A stretch of DNA of 32,000 nucleotides from an uncultured archaeon (GTDB taxonomy: Archaea > Iainarchaeota > Iainarchaeia > Iainarchaeales > JAAZKV01). The notes beneath the pieces were generated by a model that did no database searches, was not told the DNA's origin, and worked only from the letters and a program-made list of their open reading frames with translations. The stretch lies in contig CAZKBG010000002.1 of the NCBI GenBank assembly GCA_964551375.1, positions 15,558-47,557 on the forward strand, in the 5' to 3' direction. A program made the position numbers and the translations under genes. Positions 7,278-16,301 of the stretch are shown one piece after another (the first letter of the stretch is position 1; each line of letters begins with the position of its first letter).

Positions 7278-8833
7278 GGCTTCAGACAAAACTTGTAATT
7301 CTATTTTTGCTGATGGTTATTCTGCCAATGATGTTTTTATCCACTTTTTTAATTGAAAATGCGCACGATATTTCAAAGAAAAAAGTTTCACAGAATCTGA
7401 TAGGCATTTCGGAATTAAAGAAAGCAGAACTTGAGATGTTTTTTGATGATGTTTCAAAAGATGTGCTGTTTCAAAGCGAGTCAGACAAAATAATTGATTC
7501 AGTGGTAATTCTATCAAAACCTGCTGGCGCAGCTTCTTCAAATGAACTAAACAGCTCAAAAGAAACTCTGTTTGACACTTTTGTTTCGCATAATTCAAAA
7601 TTTGGAATAATATCAGTCGATATATTTGACCGATTTGGGAACATGATTTATCAGCAAGGGGCGGAGAATAACAACGGTCTTAATCTTAGCTATGATTCGG
7701 AAGCGGTATTTAGAAACACAAAAAGAGGAAATGTTTTGTTTGAAGACATTTATGACGACAATATTAATCCACAAAAAATGCTCGGAGTTCTTGCATCAGC
7801 TCCTGTTTATGATGATACTGACAGACTCATTGGGTTTGTCGTATATAAAATATCAATAAACCGCGTGAATTTGATTGCATCAAACTTTAACGGACTTGGA
7901 GAAACAGGCGAGATTATTTACTCAACAGCAAAGGCAAACAAGATAATTTTCCTTTTCCAGCCGAGAAATTATACCGGAGCTTCATTTGAAGGGGATTTTG
8001 TTCTCGGCTCGCAATATGGGATTGCAACACAGAATGCGCTAAAAAAAGAAGTTGGGTTTGGTGAAATTATTGATTACAGACGCGTTGAAAGCGTTGCTTC
8101 GTGGAATTATATCAGCCAGACAGGATGGGGGCTCGTGGTAAAAGTTGACAAAAAAGAAGTGTACGCTGAAGTTGACAATCTTGTTAATGCAACAATTATA
8201 ATAATTATTACATTCTGCATATTCATAGGGCTATTAATTTTTGTTCTTTCACGCTCTATTGCAATGCCGATAAATAATCTTTCAAAAAGCATTTCTTTAA
8301 TTACAAAAGGCCAGTTTGACGTTCAAATAAAAAGATCCGAGCTTACTGAAATTGCAGGGCTTGGGGATTCTATTGAAAGAATTCTTTCAAGTCTAAAACT
8401 TGCGATGCTGCATTATGACATATCAAAAGAGGAACTAATGCTTGACGATGCTGTTAAATTAAAAAAGAAAGCAGAAAAAGAATTTGAGATGGAGAAAATA
8501 TTTTTGGAGAATTTAATCAACACGCTCCCAGATCCGATATTTGTAAAGGACAGGCAGCACAAGTGGATTTTACTTAATAATGCCTTCTGCAAATTTATGG
8601 GGTACAGGCGCGAAATACTTCTTGGAAAAAGCGATTATGATTTCTTTCCAAAAAAAGAAGCGGATGTATTTTGGAAAAAAGACGAGCTTGTTTTTACAAC
8701 AGGCAAAGAAAATGTCAATACTGAAAATTTTACCGATGCTAAAGGACAAACTCATAAAATTACCACTACAAAAAGGCTTTGCTCTTATGGCGAAGGAGAA
8801 TATGTTATTGTGGGATTAATTAAAGAAGAATAA
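7274..8833 (+). CDS. Sensor protein: TM, extracellular double-Cache-like domain, TM, HAMP, coiled coil, PAS; no kinase or other output domain
   Basis: TM1 is 'LVILFLLMVILPMMFLSTFLI'. Cache-like blocks are 'LGVLASAPVYDDTDRLIGFVVYKISI' and 'SWNYISQTGWGLVVKVDKKE'. TM2 is 'ATIIIIITFCIFIGLLIFVL'. The HAMP-like segment is 'AMPINNLSKSISLITKGQFDVQI...IAGLGDSIERILSSLK'. The PAS-like segment is 'LENLINTLPDPIFVKDRQHKWILLNNAFCKFMGYRREILLGKSDYDFFP'. The ORF ends right after the PAS. Confidence 0.75.
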   Translation: MRLQTKLVILFLLMVILPMMFLSTFLIENAHDISKKKVSQNLIGISELKKAELEMFFDDVSKDVLFQSESDKIIDSVVILSKPAGAASSNELNSSKETLFDTFVSHNSKFGIISVDIFDRFGNMIYQQGAENNNGLNLSYDSEAVFRNTKRGNVLFEDIYDDNINPQKMLGVLASAPVYDDTDRLIGFVVYKISINRVNLIASNFNGLGETGEIIYSTAKANKIIFLFQPRNYTGASFEGDFVLGSQYGIATQNALKKEVGFGEIIDYRRVESVASWNYISQTGWGLVVKVDKKEVYAEVDNLVNATIIIIITFCIFIGLLIFVLSRSIAMPINNLSKSISLITKGQFDVQIKRSELTEIAGLGDSIERILSSLKLAMLHYDISKEELMLDDAVKLKKKAEKEFEMEKIFLENLINTLPDPIFVKDRQHKWILLNNAFCKFMGYRREILLGKSDYDFFPKKEADVFWKKDELVFTTGKENVNTENFTDAKGQTHKITTTKRLCSYGEGEYVIVGLIKEE

Positions 8834-9005
8834 TTTTATTGTTTCTTGTTAAAAAAAATTATTAGTCGTTATCATGCGGATTTCTATTTGTGCGCCCTAA
8901 AAACGCTTTGAAGTTAAACTAAAATATTAAAATTTAAAAAAAAAGATAGAAAAAGAAGCTTTTGGCTTCTTTCTCTGACAAACTTATTAACAAATATAAT
9001 AATTA

Positions 9006-9028
9006 ATGAGAAACCTTTTGGATTCCTC
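9006..9028 (-). terminator. Hairpin plus T-rich tract downstream of the zinc-ribbon gene
   Basis: The minus strand reads 'tgaggaatcc-aaaa-ggtttctca' (about 9 bp including G:U pairs). It is followed by 'ttaattattatatttg' and begins about 30 nt after the stop at 9057. Confidence 0.4.
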
Positions 9029-9056
9029 ATCAATGTTAAATATTCATCAACAAATT

Positions 9057-9299
9057 TTACTGCTCTTCAGAATCGCTAGAGTCTGAGTCAGATGGGCCTC
9101 TTCCGCCGCCTCTAAAATCAGGTCTTCTAGTTGGTCTATCGTTTTTGTGCTTCTGGTAGCAGTCTCTGCAGTAAACTGGTCTTCCTTCAATTGGCTTGAA
9201 AGGAACTTCAGTCTCTGTTCCGCAGTCAGAGCATGTTGCCTTGTGCATTTCTCTTGGGCCGCCGAAGCTAGGCCTACTTCCAAATCTTCTATTATCCAT
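9057..9299 (-). CDS. CxxC-x17-CxxC zinc-ribbon protein with RG-rich N-terminus and RGG/acidic C-terminal tail
   Basis: 'CSDC-GTETEVPFKPIEGRPVY-CRDC' has exactly 17 residues between the Cys pairs. Flanks are 'RRFGSRPSFGGPR' and 'RRPDFRGGGRGPSDSDSSDSEEQ'. A strong SD 'aaggtga' lies 6-7 nt upstream of the ATG. Confidence 0.8.
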   Translation of the reverse strand: MDNRRFGSRPSFGGPREMHKATCSDCGTETEVPFKPIEGRPVYCRDCYQKHKNDRPTRRPDFRGGGRGPSDSDSSDSEEQ

Positions 9300-9618
9300 T
9301 TATTTTTCACCTTATGTTCAAAAAAGCTAATACATCAGCAAGACGCTTTTGAGGGCATCTAATGCTTTATTATAGGGCTTTCTGTAAGAAAATTATTGGG
9401 CGAAGGGGGTTATAAAGGTTTGGAAAGGGGGTAGCCGGCAAAGCAAAATCGCTTATAAGTAACTCTTTACAGTGAAAGGAAGTTTTTTATAAGGTTTTTT
9501 ACAGAAATAATATAGAATAGCGTGGGATAATTTTTGAATCGGCGCTGTTAGCGCTGTTTTAAGTTAAGGGAAAAATTAGTGAAATTAGAGTGAAAGTTAG
9601 TGCAAGTTTACTGATGTG

Positions 9619-9792
9619 ATGAAAATGGCAGAAAAAGATGTTCAGCTTGGAATGATAATAATTGTTTTCGCGACATTTTTCTTTCTCTCGGGAGTGGACA
9701 TGCTTAGAATAAGAGTATTTGACGAAGGATTCAGCATGTTTTTAGCATTCATTTTAGTCGCAGTCGGCGTTTATATGGTGACAAAAAAGTAA
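9619..9792 (+). CDS. Small (57 aa) two-TM membrane protein; below the ORF-track length cut-off
   Basis: Hand translation gives 'MKMAEKDVQLGMIIIVFATFFFLSGVDMLRIRVFDEGFSMFLAFILVAVGVYMVTKK', stop TAA at 9790-9792. Two clean hydrophobic helices with a charged loop. It lies 137 nt upstream of the giant ORF on the same strand. Confidence 0.35.
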   Translation: MKMAEKDVQLGMIIIVFATFFFLSGVDMLRIRVFDEGFSMFLAFILVAVGVYMVTKK

Positions 9793-9929
9793 TCCTAAAA
9801 TTAATACTGTTTAAAATAAATAATTCTCTTTTTTTATGGAAAATAATCCTATTTTTTAGTTTAACTTTCAAAATTTTCCCCCTCGCAAGGTTTATTAACG
9901 AAAAAGCCCTTTTTTAGTGAAAAAACCAA

Positions 9930-12900
9930 GTGATAAAATTGGGGCTATATTCTGGGCTTGAAGGTAAGTGGTACGACTTTTTAGATGCTTTAGACAGGGT
10001 AATCCCTGTTTATGCAATCATTAATCCAATAGAGAAAGTAGTTCCAAGCTTTCCGCTATTTATTGTTGTACTTATACTTGTAATTTTAGGATTATTCTTT
10101 TTCTTAGGCGGAGGATTAAGCTTTGGAAGCTACTCGCTTGAACTTACAGTTCTTGACAAAAACGGGGACAGCGTCAGCGATGCGCTTGTGGAGCTGACTC
10201 AAACATGCGAAAATTCCGAATTGGATAATTTATCCGTGACTACAAATGATGAAGGGAAAGCTTTTTTTGAGCCGTGCGGACAGGCAGTTGAAATAAAAGT
10301 TACAAAAGCAAATTTTACAAAATTTGAAGGGACAGTATATCTTCCTGAAGACTCAAAGAAAAAAGTTACTCTTTCAGAACTTATTTTTATTGACAAAAAG
10401 CTAAAAGTCACCATTGTTGACGATGTGGGCGATTATATCTCAAAAGCAAAACTTTCCATGGCTTGCATCAGAGGAGGAAGCGCTTCAAAAACAGAAGTAA
10501 AATCCCCTCTTCCTGATAACTACCAGCCTTCAGGAGGATTTGAAATTGACGTGAACGGAAACTGTGAAGGAGTACGGCTTGAAGCAACTGCAAGCGGGTA
10601 TGAAACAAAAACAGTTTCAGTATTAAGCGATGAAACAACAAAAACAATCAAGCTTGAAAAAATAATTCAAAATGGAAACGCAAATTTTGCAACTGACAGC
10701 CCAATCGGACCGCAGGTTAGAACAGAAATATTAATAAGCGGAGAAAATAATTTTGAAAGGACATTAATCACACTAATTGACGGAAGCGTTGAAGCAACAC
10801 TTCCCCAAGGGCACTACACATACTCTGCCATAGTAAAAGGATTTGTTGAAACAGGAAATTTTGATGTGACTGCAAATGAAACAACCGATGTTTCAATTTA
10901 TTTTAGCGAATTAATTAATAATATAAATGACGACCCGACAAACCCTGAAGTAAAAAGCTTTTACCTAAAATTAGTTGACGGAAATACAGGTGTAAATCCT
11001 GCTGATTTGCAGGTATTTGTTCTCAAAGGAAATGATGTGAATAAATTAAGATTACTAAAAACAGACAGGGCTGGAATAATACAGCCTTCGCCTATAAACG
11101 ACACTAACGGAAAAACTTACAAAGGGCTTGCAAAAGCGGAAGGGTACAAGAAAAAACCAATTGATGTTGAGGTAAGAACATTTTCGCAGGGGCCTCAGAA
11201 TGTAACAATGCAACAGGGCGGAGCAACGTTAACTCTAAAAATTGTGGATGACTTAAATGCCCCTATAAAAGAAATAGTTCCAAAAATATACTTTGATGAC
11301 TTTGACGGGGTATTTGACCTGCTTGCCCAGACAAGCACTGCTGGAATTACAACTTATCGCGGACTTCCGAACGGGAATTACATAATTACTGCAAGCACAG
11401 CGATTGAAGAAGGCTCGCTATCCTTCAGTGTAAACGGAACCGATCTTGAACTAACACTTGTTTTATCAAACGCAAAAGGAAAACTGGATTTGGCGATAAA
11501 TGACGAATATGAAAAAGCAAAAGTTGAAATAAATTACGCTGTGGAGAAGAAGTTCGGCGATGAATTCAGCGAAGTGTTTAAGGGAATTTCATTTAACGGC
11601 GACGGAAACACTCCTTTAATCAATGCCGGAAGCTATGTGAGAATATTAATAGACGAGCCTGGTTTTTTGCCTTATGAAAGCTTTGTTTACCGAATCAACC
11701 GCACAACATCATCAAGCGGAAAAGACAAAACAATGTTTTTGAAGAAAAAATCCTCCCTTCCAAACCAAAAAGAACTGCAGATGATGCTAAGAGAAATTTA
11801 TTCAAGCAATCCAATAACAACCTCTGAAACAGTTTCTAATATTCTCCAAAAAGGGAAAAGATACTATCTTCTTTTTGACCTTGTTTTAAACAATAATCAA
11901 AGCCTGCCTGTTACAATCAGCGCATCAGTTGAACCGACTGAAACCGCTCTTTCAAAAGGAATGCGAATACAAAGCGGATACTCGGTTAACGGCTCAACTT
12001 ATGTGCTTTCTTCCCAGCCTACTTCATTTTTAGCGGACACAAATCTTGTTGATGCTGACGCTAAAAAAATAAATATAGTCATTCCTGATGCAAACGGGCC
12101 AAAAGTAATTCCGGTATTAATTGAATTTACTTTAGATGCCAACGCAACCGGAAAGCAGAAGCTGTTTTGGAAAGTAAAACAAGGCGCTAACGAAAGCCTG
12201 CAATACTCAAAAGAATTTGAAGTTGACAAAGCAATCTGCATGCCAAATAAAACAACCTGCCCCGATGTTATGTTCCTAAATTATTTGAACTGGAACAATA
12301 AAGGATGGGTGCTTATTGACGATTCGACAAAGAAAGTACAGCTTGGAGACACTTATGCTATAAAAACAATAGCGCAAAATATGGGTGATAAAGAAATAGG
12401 GACTGTTAACCTTACTGAAGAGCTGACTGCGTCTGATGCCCAGTACTTCAATTTAATTGACAACGGCGTTGACAAAAATTCAATGTTTAAAGTTGTGAAT
12501 GTAAAACCTCTTGAATTAACTGACGCGGTTGTAACAACATTAAATCTTAAAAAAGTTTCAGGAGGAGGAATCGGAGTAAAACAATCCCTGCGAAAGCCAG
12601 GGACTGACCAGAGCTTACTCGCGCTGAAAGGAAATCCAGACACAGGGGTAAGGCTTCAGGTTCAAAACAAGAAATTTGTCCAAATAAAAATATTTGCGAC
12701 AAATGTTCAAAATACAATATACGAAGGGGGAGTGTATCCTTACTTCTTTGTGAAAACAACTTTGAGCGAAACTGTGGCAGGATCAGGATATCCTGTTAGA
12801 GCAACATGGTCCGCAAAACTTGAAGGAAGCGACACTTATCTACCCTCAATGAGCGCAAGGCAGACTGATGAAAACGGAATTGAAGTTACAAGCTTTGACG

Positions 12901-15900
12901 CATCAAATCTAAAAATAGGGGACAGGGTTGTATTTGAAGCAATTGATGAAAATAATTCAATTCCAGTAAAACTTACTGTGACAGTAAAAACTGCAATAGA
13001 AACTCCTCCAGAAGAACAGCCTGAATGCCTAAAAGTAATGGTTGATGGAAGAGATGTTACTGGCATTGAATTTCCTACAAAAGAAATGGATGTGTCAATG
13101 CCTTCATCAATTTCCGTATTCTCCGCATGCGAAGAAAATAGGGATGTTGGAGTGTTAACAGACCTTCAGCAGTTAAGCCCCACAAGATTTATTATAAATC
13201 CAAACACAATGTACTCAATTTCGCTTGACGCAAACGATGTTGTAACCACACGCAAAGGAATGCTTGGAGTATACCCAGTTCAGGTAATTGCATTTGAAGC
13301 TGAAAAATACCACCAAGTTGACATGGTGGATATGATTGTAAGGGACAGAACCGCTCCGTTTGACATAAATTACCCTATTTTTGATTTTAGACAGGCGCAG
13401 ACTATCGCAAGCAAAATTATAAATAAAAAATACGCTGGCAGACAGGATGTTTATCTTCCAAGAGTTGAAATGGACGAGCCCGGAATTGAAATAACTTACA
13501 GAAAAAACGGGGTTCCAAGAAAAATTAATTTTAAAATACAAGTTGAGACAAAAGCGCTTGAAGCAATCACAATAGGATACTTAATATCTCAGGGGCTGAC
13601 TCAAACAAAAACAGGGAGTTCATGCGCTGGAGTTGCTGTTGGAACATTTTACGCGCCAGGCGCTAACGAAAGCGAATATTTTAAACTAAGAAGCGAATTG
13701 AGCTCGGTTTGGAGCGGAGTAGTAAGCAAATTCCAAAATAAAGGCACTGCTCCAAGAACTGACACAACCGCGCTAAATAGAAGCAGAACAGTTCCATTTT
13801 ATTCCCTTCCAAAAGAAGTGCAAAGCGAAATAATCTCAACGCTTTATAACGAAAGCGGATCATCTTCTTCCGTAACAGGAAGCGGACAGCTTGAAGAAAA
13901 TGAAAAAGTTGCAAAAGCATCATTTGCTTTGCAGGATTTGCCTCTTTCAAATAACACAAGTCCAGTTCATCCTGTAGTTGGGGCAATTTATGAAACTTAC
14001 CCTGATGTAATAGGACAGCCGAATGTGATGCCAAGAACATGCTATGAAGTAAGAAAAAATTGGACACTTACCCCTCTTCCAACGCTTGCTGATTATGATA
14101 TTGTAAATAACTGGAATACTGTTATTGAAGACAGCAACGGAAGATTATTTGTTGAATCAATAAATAAATGCACATACTGCGATATACTTTCATTTGGTTA
14201 CTTTGATAGCCAGTCGCTATCTTCACTTGTTACGACAAATGGAAGCACACTTGATAACTGGTATGGTGGGCATACTAATAACTCGGGGACAATAAAGCTA
14301 AGGCATGAGTTAATCAGAATAATGACGCCTGTGATTGAAAGAACTGTTACTTGGGATAAAAATGTTGAAATAATTCCACAGGAAGGGAAAATTTATGACC
14401 TTGGGGATTACAGCAGCAGCGTAACAAGCCTTATTCAAAAGTGGCCAAATAGCGTGACTTATAATGGAAGAAGCCCTGGCGATGTTTGGACTGAAGGGAC
14501 GACAAGAGTAACATATGCTGGCTCAATAAATGACGGATTCATACCATTTAGCTGGGCAAAGAAAAATGGAGTTGGCTATGCTGTTCCTGATGTGAATATT
14601 CCTTCTGTTGAATTTTATGGAGCAGACGCTTACGGAACAAATCAGTGGAAATACAGTAAAATAAAAAGCATACCAGCTGAAGCAAGCGGAGTAAGATTAT
14701 TTTTAAATAACAAACACCTTTACGGAGAATATATCGGGACATACAAGCAAACTCCTACTGGATATGTTATTGACAACAGAGGAGTAATTGATAGCAATGT
14801 AATTGATTTTAATATTACAAGAGCTGAATTTGCTGGCTCAAAATATGCAATAATTAAAGTAACCGACTGGGTTTCGGGAACGCAAAAAGTTACAAGAAGC
14901 TTCCAAGTAAGACTTGTCGGAAGCGAAGCCAACTGTTATAGTCCTGAAGGATATGAGGGAGTAAGCGGAGCAGAGTTCCAGACAAGACTAATGTACGATT
15001 GGGACTGGGCAAAAATTGCTCAAAACCAGTGCGACTTGGGGAATATGTCTTACACTTACTGCGACGGCGCGCAATTTAGCGTAAGCCTTATGAAAAAACT
15101 AATGCTGATTGATAATTTACTAAAAACAGGCGCACGAGAACAAATCCCGACTCACACAAGTTTTTACTCCTACTTAATCAAAGACAATTACTCGCAAGGA
15201 CTGCTTGATGATTTTGATGAATACTACTCAGGAGGAGCATTTACAACAATTGGATTCAATACTGTTGGGGATAATTTAGGATTTGACCAATTTATCAGCG
15301 AAAATAAAATAAGTTTTAGAGTCAGAGATGCTGAAGGAAATGTAACTGAAACTGGACAGCTTCCTTCAGGCGGAATATACCGAGTTGAAATAGATTTTAA
15401 TCTTGAAAATCAGAATATTAATTCACTGATGAAAAATGATGGGCCTAATGCGAGAATAATTGTTACTTTTTCAAAATATGCTTCTCCTCAGACAAACAAT
15501 CCGTTTTATGAAATTCCATTTGACGGAGAACTTGGAAAAGTGGGCAACACTTATGGAAGAAGAGAATATGGAATTGGAATAAGCGACTTGAGTCTAAAAT
15601 TAAACAGCGCAGGGACTATGGCTCTTCCTGCTGCAAATCCGATGAAATCAATTACTTATGTTACTTCAGAACAGCTTGATAAATTAAAAAACGGAGCTGT
15701 GCTTTACTATAATGAACTTGCGAACAGGCTTGAGTTTTATCCTCAGCAGCCGACTCCGGTAGTTATGAGCGTGACAGGAGCTCCTCCAACAGTTACTGCT
15801 GAATATGATTTGCTTGGATTTGACAGAACGACTCCTATGAAAAAAGAATGGATAATGAAATCATCCACAATCGGGGATAAGTGCACTGACTTTTCTGGAG

Positions 15901-16301
15901 AAAGAAAATTATTGTTTAATGAAACTGTTAACGGAACAAAAAGGACAATTTCTTGGACAAACACTGCGGAGAGTGGAAAAGTAAACCTTGCAACAATCTT
16001 CTTCACCGCGCCAAATAAAGACACAAGCGTTACAAGACAGGCTGGAAGCACAGTAGTTGAACTAAAAACAACAAAGAAAGCTCCTGGACTTGTTAACGGG
16101 CCTTCAATAAAACTAAGCTATTATGACACAAGCGGAATAATTGGATATGATTCGCTTCAGTGGGTATTTGACCAGGTAAAAGCAGGAAATATGTGCATGA
16201 CAAAAGACCCTAAAAATGAAATAAGAGTATGGTGGAGACCAACATACCTTGACTCATTAATTAAAGACGTTGATGTTGATGTTACTTCATGCGGCGAATA
16301 A
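9930..16301 (+). CDS. Giant (2123 aa) N-terminally membrane-anchored surface protein P1: about five CarboxypepD_reg-like beta-sandwich modules, a long beta-rich ectodomain, and a C-terminal module shared with the next ORF
   Basis: Uninterrupted 6.4-kb ORF with a non-ATG start (GTG 9930 or TTG 9939; in-frame stop at 9918-9920). N-terminal 'KWYDFLDALDRVIPVYAIINPIEKVVPSFPLFIVVLILVILGLFFFLGGG' contains one TM. Repeated ~85-aa modules such as 'LELTVLDKNGDSVSDALVEL...TNDEGKAFFE' and 'ATLTLKIVDDLNAPIKE...GLPNGNYIITAS'. No catalytic motif recognised. Confidence 0.8.
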   Translation: MIKLGLYSGLEGKWYDFLDALDRVIPVYAIINPIEKVVPSFPLFIVVLILVILGLFFFLGGGLSFGSYSLELTVLDKNGDSVSDALVELTQTCENSELDNLSVTTNDEGKAFFEPCGQAVEIKVTKANFTKFEGTVYLPEDSKKKVTLSELIFIDKKLKVTIVDDVGDYISKAKLSMACIRGGSASKTEVKSPLPDNYQPSGGFEIDVNGNCEGVRLEATASGYETKTVSVLSDETTKTIKLEKIIQNGNANFATDSPIGPQVRTEILISGENNFERTLITLIDGSVEATLPQGHYTYSAIVKGFVETGNFDVTANETTDVSIYFSELINNINDDPTNPEVKSFYLKLVDGNTGVNPADLQVFVLKGNDVNKLRLLKTDRAGIIQPSPINDTNGKTYKGLAKAEGYKKKPIDVEVRTFSQGPQNVTMQQGGATLTLKIVDDLNAPIKEIVPKIYFDDFDGVFDLLAQTSTAGITTYRGLPNGNYIITASTAIEEGSLSFSVNGTDLELTLVLSNAKGKLDLAINDEYEKAKVEINYAVEKKFGDEFSEVFKGISFNGDGNTPLINAGSYVRILIDEPGFLPYESFVYRINRTTSSSGKDKTMFLKKKSSLPNQKELQMMLREIYSSNPITTSETVSNILQKGKRYYLLFDLVLNNNQSLPVTISASVEPTETALSKGMRIQSGYSVNGSTYVLSSQPTSFLADTNLVDADAKKINIVIPDANGPKVIPVLIEFTLDANATGKQKLFWKVKQGANESLQYSKEFEVDKAICMPNKTTCPDVMFLNYLNWNNKGWVLIDDSTKKVQLGDTYAIKTIAQNMGDKEIGTVNLTEELTASDAQYFNLIDNGVDKNSMFKVVNVKPLELTDAVVTTLNLKKVSGGGIGVKQSLRKPGTDQSLLALKGNPDTGVRLQVQNKKFVQIKIFATNVQNTIYEGGVYPYFFVKTTLSETVAGSGYPVRATWSAKLEGSDTYLPSMSARQTDENGIEVTSFDASNLKIGDRVVFEAIDENNSIPVKLTVTVKTAIETPPEEQPECLKVMVDGRDVTGIEFPTKEMDVSMPSSISVFSACEENRDVGVLTDLQQLSPTRFIINPNTMYSISLDANDVVTTRKGMLGVYPVQVIAFEAEKYHQVDMVDMIVRDRTAPFDINYPIFDFRQAQTIASKIINKKYAGRQDVYLPRVEMDEPGIEITYRKNGVPRKINFKIQVETKALEAITIGYLISQGLTQTKTGSSCAGVAVGTFYAPGANESEYFKLRSELSSVWSGVVSKFQNKGTAPRTDTTALNRSRTVPFYSLPKEVQSEIISTLYNESGSSSSVTGSGQLEENEKVAKASFALQDLPLSNNTSPVHPVVGAIYETYPDVIGQPNVMPRTCYEVRKNWTLTPLPTLADYDIVNNWNTVIEDSNGRLFVESINKCTYCDILSFGYFDSQSLSSLVTTNGSTLDNWYGGHTNNSGTIKLRHELIRIMTPVIERTVTWDKNVEIIPQEGKIYDLGDYSSSVTSLIQKWPNSVTYNGRSPGDVWTEGTTRVTYAGSINDGFIPFSWAKKNGVGYAVPDVNIPSVEFYGADAYGTNQWKYSKIKSIPAEASGVRLFLNNKHLYGEYIGTYKQTPTGYVIDNRGVIDSNVIDFNITRAEFAGSKYAIIKVTDWVSGTQKVTRSFQVRLVGSEANCYSPEGYEGVSGAEFQTRLMYDWDWAKIAQNQCDLGNMSYTYCDGAQFSVSLMKKLMLIDNLLKTGAREQIPTHTSFYSYLIKDNYSQGLLDDFDEYYSGGAFTTIGFNTVGDNLGFDQFISENKISFRVRDAEGNVTETGQLPSGGIYRVEIDFNLENQNINSLMKNDGPNARIIVTFSKYASPQTNNPFYEIPFDGELGKVGNTYGRREYGIGISDLSLKLNSAGTMALPAANPMKSITYVTSEQLDKLKNGAVLYYNELANRLEFYPQQPTPVVMSVTGAPPTVTAEYDLLGFDRTTPMKKEWIMKSSTIGDKCTDFSGERKLLFNETVNGTKRTISWTNTAESGKVNLATIFFTAPNKDTSVTRQAGSTVVELKTTKKAPGLVNGPSIKLSYYDTSGIIGYDSLQWVFDQVKAGNMCMTKDPKNEIRVWWRPTYLDSLIKDVDVDVTSCGE

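Noticed and set aside
8580-8819. Nested same-strand or antisense ORFs inside long genes (8580-8819 +, 20328-20528 +, 21192-21500 +, 5644-5889 -, and many 60-130-aa minus-strand ORFs within P1, P2 and the ATPase gene)
   Set aside because: All are embedded within much longer ORFs that have domain evidence. None has a recognisable motif or start context.
8940-9056. Possible C/D-box sRNA in the spacer (minus-strand 'ttgatgagg' resembles a C box)
   Set aside because: I found no properly placed D box (CUGA) downstream on the same strand. The segment is better explained as the terminator hairpin of the zinc-ribbon gene.
9047-9362. Alternative ORFs at the zinc-ribbon locus (87 aa on the minus strand at 9047-9310; 71 aa on the plus strand at 9147-9362)
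   Set aside because: The 80-aa frame (9057-9299) carries the exact CxxC-x17-CxxC signature and a strong SD. The other frames have no motif and overlap it completely.
16289-16301. P1 and P2 as one gene split by a frameshift or sequencing error
   Set aside because: P2 has its own basic N-terminus and TM anchor, mirroring the start of P1. P1 ends after a module that is C-terminal in both proteins. Two separate, coupled genes is the simpler reading.
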